NCBI RefSeq assembly: GCF_006345805.1
Contig: NC_043014.1
Coordinates: forward strand, 9,114,001 to 9,178,000
Source: Octopus sinensis
Lineage: Eukaryota
Direction: 5' to 3'
DNA length: 64,000 bases
Part shown: positions 52,723 to 64,000 of the stretch, one piece after another
Numbering within the stretch: the first letter of the stretch is position 1
Layout of the letters: each line of letters opens with the position of its first letter
Translations under genes and position numbers: made by a program
The notes under the pieces: model-generated
Databases searched by the model: none
Seen by the model: the letters and a program-made list of their open reading frames with translations, nothing else
Told to the model about the DNA's origin: nothing

Positions 52723-53136
52723 AACTATGAGAAGTAAAATTTACAATACTGCTGCACTCTAAATGTGTGGTCAGTGTCAGGTATAAATTGAAGGCAATAT
52801 ACCGTGAAATCGATAGAAGCGGTACACGCAAGTGCGGGCGTAGCTGTGTGGTAAGACGCTCGCTGCCAAACCACATGGTTCCAGGTTCATTTTCACTACT
52901 GCGTGGCACCTTGGGCAAGTGCCTTATGCTATACCCTTGGGCCAAACAAAGCCTTGTTAATGGATTTGGTAGAGGGAAATTGAACGAAACCCGTTGTCCT
53001 GAGCGTTATACTAACACATCTGTTTGTTTCGTACACCACCTGTCTTCGTCTTTTGTTTTTTCGTAAACTTCCGCACTATACATACATAACATACATACAT
53101 ACTACATACATACATACATACATACACACAAACACA

Positions 53137-53211
<75 letters not shown>

Positions 53212-54068
53212 ATATATATATATATATAATATATATATATATATAAATAAATAAGTATGTATACATTAGGGGGTAGGCAGTGAAAAAGTAGCTTTCGAAA
53301 TTGGTAATCAAGAATCGATATTGCAAATTGGGGTTAAAGGAAATGTGTACAAAGAACTTTGCGGTTAGATATATATTTTCAGGCCCCGCAAAGCAATTGA
53401 AAATTCTAAAAATCGCTGTTTTGTTCAACGTTTTTGATTACATGGATAGGAAATCGTAAAGAATACATATTTGTACATAGCAGAATGCAGAACCGTAAAT
53501 ATGGTGTCCTTAAAAGGCTGTATACCTTAGTTTCAATACAATTGAGTAATATCTTGACTATAAAAAAAGGGAGTGTGATCCATAATGAGAAGGAGAGTGT
53601 GAACTCCAGTGTCGCTGCTACGGTCATTACCTGTGGACGTATATCGCAAGTCAGTGAAGTTTTCTGCTTTGACTTTCATTTTAGCCTATTTTATTAAAAT
53701 TAATGATAGTGTTAAATTTAGTGTTGTTTAAATTTAGTGATGACTCATAAGCCAATTGTATGTCCAATATTTGGTACTCCATGTGATCTTAGCGAGGGAA
53801 TTTTGCCAACAAACAAGGACGTAATAAAACGTGTTTTATTTGAACGACAAAAAGAAAAGAATGTTGTTAAGAAAGATCTTTCAATTAAATAAATTGTCAG
53901 GATTATAGCAGAGAAGATCTGTCTTCTTTGGCAAAAAGCATTCGTCCCTTGTGTTACGATTGAGTCAGTTAAACCGAAAATCTTAACCATTTATCTAAAG
54001 TACCTAGCATTACCAACATCTGTGAAACATAGAAAAAATATGCCATCGTCTCAAACAAAGTGTAATAT

Positions 54069-54497
54069 AGGTATCTTCCTGGGGCTGCAAACTACAGTAG
54101 CATCCACCCTTACGGGTTAGCCATATTCAAATGGCAAATATGCGTCAAGATGTGTTACCGCTACTGTTTATAACTTGCTCTGAGATTTATCATTGTTTGA
54201 TTTCACTTTTTCAATATCAGTGTCAATCGACACTGGAAAAAGTATATGTATTTGTGAGGGAAACTGAATTCTCGTCGACAACTATGCTTGTCACACGCCG
54301 ATGATAGGTCAATACCTTGAAACTCGAGTCCGGTGTATCATAAGTTGAAGACGGGAAGGATGACTTCCCTTCACAAATACTGATAGGGCACAGAAAGTGT
54401 GTCTATAGCCAGCTGGAGGAGGTATCTTCCGGGGGCTACAAACTACAGTAGCATCTACCCTTAGGGGTTAGCCATATTCAAATGGCAAATATGCGTC
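54069..54497 (+). mobile_element. Retrozyme-like element: 351-bp monomer + 77-bp terminal redundancy, 14-bp TSD
   Basis: TSD acaaagtgtaatat at 54055-54068 and 54498-54511; 54070-54146 repeated at 54421-54497; hammerhead motif CCGATGA-taggtcaatacctt-GAAAC-tcga-GTC at 54298-54330. Confidence 0.8.
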
Positions 54498-56097
54498 ACA
54501 AAGTGTAATATGTTTATGAACAATGCATAAAAAGATTTCACATTTCCTGTTGTAAGTGCAACTCCCTTAAAAACTGAAACTGCAATTGAAGTAGAGACAA
54601 AAAAAAATACCACATGGAGAACAAAATTATTTACAGTATCAATGGGCAATCAAACATTGATCATTGGCGGAAAACATGAAGCAGTATATAAATAGAATGT
54701 TCAGAGGCTGATTAGAAAGAATCGGTCAGATCACGGTCACGCTTCTACTTCAGCAAAGGATTCTGGGATGTTAATTATTTTTATCACCAAAATGTGTGAA
54801 GAGTCAAAATTTGGCATACACGTAATTTTATTTTAATCTGTGTGTAATCTAAACCACGTGTAACACATAAATTTGTGACCTAGTATTAAAAATAATAAAA
54901 ACGGATTCGAGAAGTCTCTCTATTTCACATAATTTCGAAATTTAAGATCGTTGCGGAGCCTGAAGATATAAATTAGAGAGCTTAGAATTTTAACAGTCTT
55001 GTTTTCTAATGATGTTGCAAACGAAATTAAATTCGTCACAATGATTGCAAAAATAAAATGAAGAAATGCAAGCGAGTTATAAATTTATTTTTCGCTCATT
55101 ATTCAAATTTTCAAGTGGGCTGCGGAGAACAGAAGATATAAATTTAAGGTCTTCTGATTTTAACACAGTTGTTTTGAAATAATTTTGCAATAGAAAATCT
55201 ACTTGGAACTATATGGAGTAGGGGAAGATTCCAGATGAACCTACATCAGGGTAAATAATCAAACTCCTTCCTTCACTAAAAGCCAATAACAAGAGAATGG
55301 CCATTGAAAATGTGACAATACAGGCGGTGCTCCAGCATGGCACAGCCTTTGGGCTGAAACAAATAAAGGAATAAAGCAATAAAAGAATATATGTACCGGG
55401 ATAAAAGTTGCATATTTGGAAAACCTGTGTAAAAAGTACCTTTTTCGCTCCACCCTTATACACGTGTGTGTGTGTTTGTCAGTATATGTTTGGGTGTGTG
55501 TTTGTGAGTCTGTGCATCCTTGTGTGTCTGTTTGTGTTTGTGTGCCCCAGCACTGCTTGACAAGTATATTGAGATGAGTAACACGGGAAATATTAGCTGT
55601 GCATACAAAGGCTCACCTTTATAAATACTTTACGGAGGCGAGCCGAGATGGCGCTGACGTTTAAATAACTCTGGTTAGCTACCGAGCGACAAAGATGCTG
55701 ATAACATTTTATCAATTTCTTGCAAGCTAGGAAATTGTTGGGAGGCAAAATGTCTTAGACTGAAGACGCCTTACTACTGCTAACCGTTTTAAGAAATGTT
55801 AGGTTTCAATCAACCATTCTCCCTATCAATCTTAATGAAATATTTTTGCGACGCCAACAAGGAATTTATTTACCAAAAGAACTTAGAATTCTTCCAGACT
55901 CATTGCATCGGGAACGACTTTTCCAGAAATTTGGAATTTTGTGTTTTGGCGACTGCATAACTCACTTTGAGAGTAGTAATGACACTGCCATGAACTGCAT
56001 CCTTAAGGCCCGTCATGCTTCCGAAATCCGCCGAAACTACACCTGATTATATATACACTTTAGATGAGTTGTAGTGCACCTGAGCACTGATTACACA

Positions 56098-56135
<38 letters not shown>

Positions 56136-56509
56136 GGTATTATTATTATTATTATTATTATTATATTATTATTTTAATCTATAATGTATTACTGGCCCTT
56201 TCTTTGAACCTATTACATCATACTACACGAAATGTGGTAGAAAACCCTCCAGGGAAATATAAAACAACGGAGGTAGATCTCACTGCAGTTGGTTCACGAA
56301 CCTTATCAGATTCCAATATCAACTACGCACACAATTTCATTTAATTTCGGATTATTGTCTCCTTGCTATTTCAAACGATATCAGAATAAATAAAATCAAC
56401 GACGATCTCAAGGAAAATCTTAGAAATTCTTTTAATCTAATGTACTGAATTACCTTGCCAATTGTTGCAAACGCAAAGCAAATAAATGAAATATATCTTG
56501 TAAAGTCTG

Positions 56510-56511
56510 TG

Positions 56512-56605
<94 letters not shown>

Positions 56606-56610
56606 CATAC

Positions 56611-56668
<58 letters not shown>

Positions 56669-56689
56669 CTATCATCCATCTATCCATCC

Positions 56690-56732
<43 letters not shown>

Positions 56733-56734
56733 CC

Positions 56735-56802
<68 letters not shown>

Positions 56803-56850
56803 CATACCTATCTATCTATCTATCTACATACCATCTATCTATCTATCTAT
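56510..56850. repeat. (TCTA)n microsatellite
   Basis: Direct reading. Confidence 0.95.
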
Positions 56851-57085
56851 TTCATTTTTATTTTATTTATTTATTTTTTTCTTCCCTTTTACGATCCCTC
56901 TTGATCGAAAACCTACGCCACCCCCTTTTTTTGTTTCTTTTGTTTTTTGTTTTTTTCATCCCCCAAAAGAAAAGCTCTACCTTGTAACTTGTCCCATCTG
57001 TGTGCAGCCCTGTGTGGCCAATAAAGAAACTTATCTATCTATCTATCTATTTATACATTACTTCATATATATATATTATATATGG

Positions 57086-57620
57086 CGTAATGGCGCGATG
57101 GCCCAGTGGTTAGGGCAGCGGACTCGCGGTTGTAGATAGGCGGCGAGCTGGCACAAACGTTAGCGCGCCGGACGAAATGCTTATCTGTATTTCGTCTGCC
57201 GCTACGTTCTGAGTTCAAATTCCGCCGAGGTCGACTTTGCCTTTCATCCTTTCGGGGTCGATAAATTAAGTACCAGTTACGCACTGGGGTCGATGTAATC
57301 GACTTAATACCTATGTCTGTCGTTGTTTGTCCCCTCTATGTTTAGCCCCTTGTGGGTAATAAAGAAATAGGTTGTAGATTCCCAGATCGGGCGTTGTGAC
57401 TGTTTATTGAGCGAAAACACCTAACGCTCCAAGAGGCTGCAGCAGGGTGGTGGTGGCGATCCCTGATGTACTCTTTCGGCACAACTTTCTCTCACTCTTT
57501 CTTCTGTTGGCCTGCTCGCTTAGCCAGCAGGGTGGCGTCATTTGAAGGCTAAAACAATGTGAAGCGCATTGTGACTAGCGATGTGTAGCAACATCTGATA
57601 GCCTGGTCGGTCACAGTGAT
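57086..57620 (+). mobile_element. SINE-C (tail type 2) with nested SINE-A (~57140-57369, 10-bp TSD ggttgtagat)
   Basis: SINE-C head and body resume after the duplicated ggttgtagat. Confidence 0.8.
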
Positions 57621-57779
57621 ATATATATATGTGTGTGTGTGTGTATACATTGTTACCCGATTAGCGTATTGAATTGCAAGTGTTTGTATGTATGCATGTA
57701 TGTATGTATGTAAACACAAACACACACACACTAGTTTCTTTATTCATTGCGCGGTGGTCGGTTATGACCTTTAAGCTTA

Positions 57780-58138
57780 TATAGATGTTTTCGATCTTGT
57801 TTGGATTCTTTGCCATCAAATTTGAATTCCTTGCAATCAAGTTTGAAGTTTCAATTGGTGCTCAAGCCTTGAAAAAAAAAAGCAGCCGTGAGGGAATACA
57901 TGTTTATCTTATCTAACTCGTCCAGTAGAGCCTACCAATTGATATCTGAAAAGTTCGATGAAATAACACATGAACATTGAGATAACTTCTACCAAAAGAT
58001 GCTTCATTAAGTCGACCGGTCTGAGATAATAAACGAATGATTCTTTTTCTATTATCTCCCAAATGAAAAATTCAAATTTGATTGCAATGAATTCAAATTT
58101 GATGGCAAAGAATCCAAATTAGATCGAAAACATCTATA
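57780..58138. mobile_element. MITE-like element with ~80-bp TIRs
   Basis: tatagatgttttcgatc...gatcgaaaacatctata. Confidence 0.7.
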
Positions 58139-58299
58139 AAATGATATTATTATTATTTACAGAATTGTAAACATCAACACAGCTTAACAAACTCCATATA
58201 TATATAACTTAGATATGTTTCGACCAAAGATTGGTCCAGGCCATGTCTAACTTAATAGCACCACCTGATAGGATTATTCGAATCCTGTTTAAGTCGAGT

Positions 58300-58500
58300 T
58301 TTGTTCAAGTAGTGAGTTCTGTTGGGTGAGTTGTATCAATTTTGTTCAAGTGTGAGTTCTCTTGTTGGGTGGTGTATCCAATTATGGGTGGCTTATCTGG
58401 TATTCTTTGAAGGAATCTATCCAGACTCCGTTTAAAGTTGATGGGATCCTTTTCCGCTTTGATCTCACCCGGGACGTCAATTCCTAAAAAAAATCGTGAA
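58300..58500 (-). pseudogene. 3' end of a CR1/L2-like LINE ORF2
   Basis: FKRSLDRFLQRIPDKPPIIGY...NS motif. Confidence 0.6.
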
Positions 58501-60229
58501 GTAAAATTATGTAGCAACACCAAATGACGGTGCCCCAGCATGGCCACAGCTCTTGAACCGAAACTAGATGGAAAAAAGAATTATTTGTGTGTGTGTGTGT
58601 TTAGGTATGTATATATACAGATTAAAAGTTTTTGATTGACATTATAAATGATGATAAATAACAGGATTCTATAGAAATGACGAAGAAATCATTAATAGAC
58701 GATCGCAAATATATTTTTAACAATCGGAAGTGAACCAATAACCGGTCAAGTCTTGATATTTAGGATAATATTAATAGCCAACTAATGCTCGCAAAATAAG
58801 CCATTTCCATAATCAAATTCACATGGATTCATTAAAAGAGATAAACAGCAACAATCATATATGTAATGTACAGAAATATCATTAAATGCTTTCGAAAGTT
58901 CACTTTATTACTATATAAACAGAATGCTATAAAACTAATATTGAAAGATAATCAATTTGGAAAGCATCAATTAGCTGAGACTCGTTATGGCGGAAATTAA
59001 AAATTAAGATAAAAATTGATGTCAAGATCATTTCCTATGCAATACCGCTACTGGTAACCAATTATTAAATGAAAACTTGGAAAAAATAATGTTTTTTAAA
59101 GCAGCAATTAATCTTTAATTGTTTCCGCCTGAACCATAGGACATATGTTTGTTTTACGCAACCTAATGTTACGTTTTTCGTTAATGTTATTTCTTAAAAA
59201 AATAAAGTAATCTTCTGGAAATATCACACACAAACAAAAACACACACATACACTCACACACATACACACACGCACAAACACAAACACTCACACACAAATT
59301 AAAACAGAATGTTTTTATTTACGATTTAGAATTCTTAATTGGTTGCTATTTCTTGCTATACATTATTTTCATCATTTAAAAACTGTTAATTATTTGCAGA
59401 ATACTTATCTGTTGTCTATAAAACCCATTTCGAGTTACGTAAGAATACTGTTTGCTTTTTAAGCTGTAGATATCGGTCTTTTCGAAAAGCTACTTTGATT
59501 CAGCCAACCATTGTCTTTCAACATGGAAACTTAAAGTACACCTAGATAGAAACCTCGTGTCATAAGGAATGTTCGGAATCCTGTCCTTTCGAGACAAGGT
59601 CGTTTCTCTAAAATTAATATCAATATATAACACAGTTTATCATCGGAGGAAGAAAAGTAGGTAGATGTGATTGGGCGACATAATGAATTTCATCATTGCT
59701 GAACAGACAGTTTTCATAAGGCAGTTTCAATCCCTAGCTGAAGATATTGCCTTTGAAATAAGACGTTAAATTTCTGGGACGTAAGTACACAAAAAACATT
59801 GATCCCATAGCCTTCTATTCTGTAACATTATTAAACAAATCAAATATTCTCTAGCAGGTGACCATCTGACTCGTGCCGTTCTCTTTACGTCGGTTGCTGT
59901 TTGAGTGAGAAACGTATGTGTCATAATGAGTGTAATCAGGGTTTCCGAAACCCGTAGTTGTAAGAAAAATGTCAAATGGAAAAGGTATGCCATTTTATTT
60001 TTTACTTCAATTGTGGACAGTTCCACAAAGCTCTTATACAGACTCTCATTTCATAATAAATATACATACATTTTTGTATATAAACTCTTACTGCCCCGAT
60101 ATGATTTTAACCTGTGGATAGTACGGGAAAAGTTAGTCCCATAGTTCGAAGAAAATGGCTCACTGAAAGTGCACAAAAGTGTTTTCAGCAAATAGTTAAA
60201 CCTGATGTGTTCTTCGGCAATTATTGATT

Positions 60230-60950
60230 GATTATTGACTACATCGAAATACAGGAAACTGAGGTAATGTCAGCCATTCATAAAATGAGATTAAACTCAT
60301 CCAGAGGCCACAATGGATTTCCGGCAATCCTCCAAAACAAATGCAAAAGGGTTTTGGCAAGACCACAGCTTCCTTGCTGATGGGAGATTTCCCAGAAGGT
60401 TAAAGTTTGTCATAATATGTCCTATACATAAAAGAGGTAGGAGAGCGAATGCAAATTACGTGTCTGTTAATAATGTCATGGAACGCGCTGCCAGGAGTAA
60501 GCTGATCACGTTCCGAGGAGATAATGGCTTTCTCCTTGACACCCAGCATGAATTTTGCACAGGAAGAAGCTGACTTACACAGCTTTTGCAGCATTATGAC
60601 TGGGTGTTGAAATAATTAATAAATCGCTCGAATGTGTATGTGGTATATATATGTGGTACTGCTCACAAATGTGTTCCTCCGACATAGTCGAAATAATAGC
60701 AGAGTATGAGGCAGTTCAGCGGTTCTACACCAGAAGGTCTCATCGATGGAACAGCTGAACTACTGGGAGAGACTGAAAGAATTACGACACAACTCCTTGG
60801 AACGAAGAGACGAGAGATATACAGTGATATACATATGGCCGAGCATAGAGGGGTTGTCATCAAACTTTGGCATTGAAAGTTATACCAACTTTAAAAATGG
60901 ATCTCACAGCATGGTTACAAAGTTTCTAGCCTGTCTAGGGTGAGGGTCGG
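60230..60950 (+). pseudogene. Degenerate CR1/L2-like LINE RT fragments
   Basis: IEIQETEVMSAIHKMRLNSSRG; LNYWERLKELRHNSLERRDERYTVIYIW. Confidence 0.6.
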
Positions 60951-61784
60951 CTACTGCAATAGTTAGTATATGAAAATCTTACAATTAAGAAATTTGAGAG
61001 AACTATATGGAGTAGGGGAAGATTCCAGATGAACCTAAATCAGGGTAAATAATCAAACTCTTTCCTTCTCTAAAAGCCAATAACAAGAGAATGGCCATTG
61101 AAAAGTTGATGATATTGGCGGTGCTCCAGCATGGCACAGCCTTTGGGCTGAAACGAATAAAGGAACAAAGCAATAAAAGAATATATGTAACGGGCTAAAA
61201 TTTGTCTGTAAATACACAAAGGCACGAACACATCATAATTATATACATACATACAACCCTGCATTTACACTCACACACTAATGCACACACACACACACAC
61301 ATACACACACACAAACAAACACACACACACAAGCACAAGCACATACACAAGCATCAGCTATTAGTGATTCAGTTGGCAGTACTATTGCTGATTGGTTATA
61401 ACACAAAACCTAAACCTACTTATGAAAGTATTATAAAAGTGCCGTAATGCTGCAGTACTCCAGCTGATGAAGAGTTGTCCGGTCTAGCAGTTGATTGCGA
61501 CACGAGTACCTGAATAGTTGCTGTTTATCTATACATGAGGGGAAGACAGATTTAGACACCATGCTGCTCATGAAGCGCAAACATTTCCGAAATTACGTGA
61601 TACATTAGATCCACTACCGGTATTGGAGATTCCTCGTCTGCTACCATTAATACTTTGATTCCATGCACTAGCAATGTATAACAGAGATCTTCTCAAGAAC
61701 AATATTGCAAGATTGCGACACACCTGTAATACATTCATATTAATCAGAATACAGAAACTGCCATATATTACACCTAATCTTTTA

Positions 61785-62135
61785 CTTGTCTCAGTCATTT
61801 GACTGTGGCCATGATGGAGCACCGCCTTTAGTCCAGCAAATCGACCCCAGGACTTATTCTTTGTAAGCCTAGTACTTATTCTATCGGTCTCTTTTGCCGA
61901 ACTAAGTTACGGGGACATAAACACACCAGTATCCGTTGTCAAGCGATGTTGAGAGGGCAAACACAGATGCACAAACATATACACACACATACATACATAT
62001 ATACGAGGGATTTCTTTCAGTTTTCGTCTACCAAATCCACTGACAAGGCTTTGTTCGGCCCGAGGCTATAGTAGAAAGCACTTACCCAAGGTGCCATGCA
62101 GTGGGACTGAACCCGGAACCATGTGATTTCTAAGC

Positions 62136-62140
<5 letters not shown>
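61785..62140 (-). mobile_element. SINE-B
   Basis: Reverse-complement consensus match. Confidence 0.8.
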
Positions 62141-62170
<30 letters not shown>

Positions 62171-63099
62171 CCATTCATTTTGATATAAGTAGCATATCGC
62201 AGAATGGTTGCACACGTTCTATGAATTCCATAGTGAATATATATGGTTTTCTTTTTCAAATTTTATGACTGTATCACGACGAATGTGCTATGTATTACAT
62301 ACGAAATATATTGTCCTCTTTGATAGATCTACTCTATTTATTACTTACTGTGAACAGAAACTATAACGCAAGAGTAATTTGTTTCCAGCTTTTATTACGC
62401 AGAAACGTAATCAACTACGAATTCCCAATTTCCGACATTTTGTACAATTGTTATCGACTGTTGATATAGTATTCACATCCAGCGTAGGCTTCAAATGAAG
62501 CATGTGATTATGACTAATCTTTTGCTAATACCGATGATTTTTCTGTTTTTAGTAGGATTTGCACGACGTGTGTTTGCACTAACTGACATTTTTAGAACCT
62601 TAGATTTGACATTCCGTTCTTTCACTTTGGCTGAATATTGGGATTTAGCCTAGAATCACTTCCTGTTTACAGAGCTCAGAAATTAAATTAAGGAAAGCAA
62701 GACATGACAGTTAAGTCACTAAAATTGAAGCAACTCTTCGTTAATGCACTGCTTATATAATAAAACACAAGAATTTATACTATGGGGCTAAAGTAGGTTG
62801 TAACCATAATCCTTCCTCGTTGGTAAAGTACAGAACAAATATTTACATTACAATGAACTTATTCTTTAATTCTTTTACTTGTTTAAGACTGTGGCAATGC
62901 TGGAGCACCGCCTTAAAGGGTGTTTTTTTAAGTCGAGGAAAGCATAGTTCGTATTGTATCGGTCTGTTTTGCCGAACAGCTAGAAAACTGGGGCGTAGAC
63001 GCACAAACAATGCTTGTCATGCGATGTTGGGGGAAAACAGGCACAGTGACACACAGACACGCACACACATACGTACATACATATCACGTGACCGCTAAA

Positions 63100-64000
63100 C
63101 ATTCCGTCCGGCGTGCTCACGATTTTGCCAGTTCGCCGCCTTCTTTTCTACTCTAGGCACAAGGCCCGAAATTTTTTGGGGTGGGTGGGGGTGTGGAAGG
63201 TACCAGTCTATCATATCGACCTTTGTACGCAACTGGTACTTAATTTATCAACCACAAGAGGATGAACGGCAAAGTCGGCCTCGGCGGAATTTGAACTCAG
63301 AACTTGAAGACGTACGAAATGCCACTAAATATTCTACCCGGTGTGGTAATGATTCCGCCAGCTCGCCACCTTTAACCAAATTCTTTTTTACTCTAGGCAC
63401 AAGGCCCGAAATTTTTGGGGTGGCGTGGGGAAGGTTCTTGTCGATCAGATCGATCTCAGTACGGAACTGGTACTTAATTTGTTGACCCCGAGAGGATGAA
63501 CGGCAAAGTCGACCTCGGCGGAAATTGAACTCAGAACGTAAAGACAGACGAAATATCTATTCCTTTACTACCCACAAGGGCTAAACACAGAGAGGACAAA
63601 CAAGGACAGGCAAACGAATTAAGTCGATTACATTGACTCCCAGTGCGTAACTGGTACTTAATTTATCGAACCCGACAGGATGAAAGGCAAAGTCGACCTG
63701 GGCGGAATTTGAACTTAGAACGTAACAGAAGACGAAATACGGCTACGCATTTCGCCTGGCATGCTAACGGTTCTGCCAGCTCGCCACCTTCCAAATATTC
63801 ATACATACATTCATATATACATAAATGTATGCAAATATATATACACATACATACATGTATACATATACATACGTACATGCATACACACACATACATACAT
63901 GTGTGTGTGTATGCATTTGGGGTGGGGTGGGGAAGGGGCCAGTCGATCAGATCGACCGCAATACGCAACTGGTACTTGATTTATCGATCCCGAGAGGATG
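63100..64000 (-). mobile_element. Cluster of SINE-A copies with both tail types
   Basis: Repeated reverse-complement consensus blocks running to the window end. Confidence 0.75.

Noticed and set aside
55846-56170. 66-aa ORF followed by an (ATT)n tail
   Set aside because: No recognisable domain; probably the 3' end of an unclassified retroelement.
61460-61515. CTGATGA...GACAC motif
   Set aside because: GAAA is mutated and stem II does not pair; at best a relic.

Overview
AT-rich, repeat-saturated animal genomic DNA. The SINE, Penelope and microsatellite content points to a cephalopod (Octopus-like) genome; this is an inference, not a database match. I find no supportable host protein-coding gene: most track ORFs are SINE- or microsatellite-derived. 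The window contains: many copies of three tRNA-head SINE families (labelled A, B and C here); decayed Penelope-like, CR1/L2-like, RLE-type and MULE remnants; two non-autonomous Helitrons; several MITE/foldback elements; and one 100-N gap. Two systems stand out. (1) At 15.4-20.4 kb are three diverged gag/ORF1-only (RRM-like + CCHC) retroposons with no RT. Two are 1.5 and 1.7 kb with exact 12- and 15-bp TSDs, and one ends in the same 3' tail as SINE-A. (2) A ~351-nt hammerhead-ribozyme repeat looks like a retrozyme; the copy at 54069-54497 is 1.2 monomers long with 77-bp terminal redundancy inside a 14-bp TSD, as expected from a retro-inserted circular RNA. Several other minimal hammerhead motifs are present, including an intact one and a back-to-back inverted pair. 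All alignments and folds were done by eye, and boundaries without TSDs are approximate.
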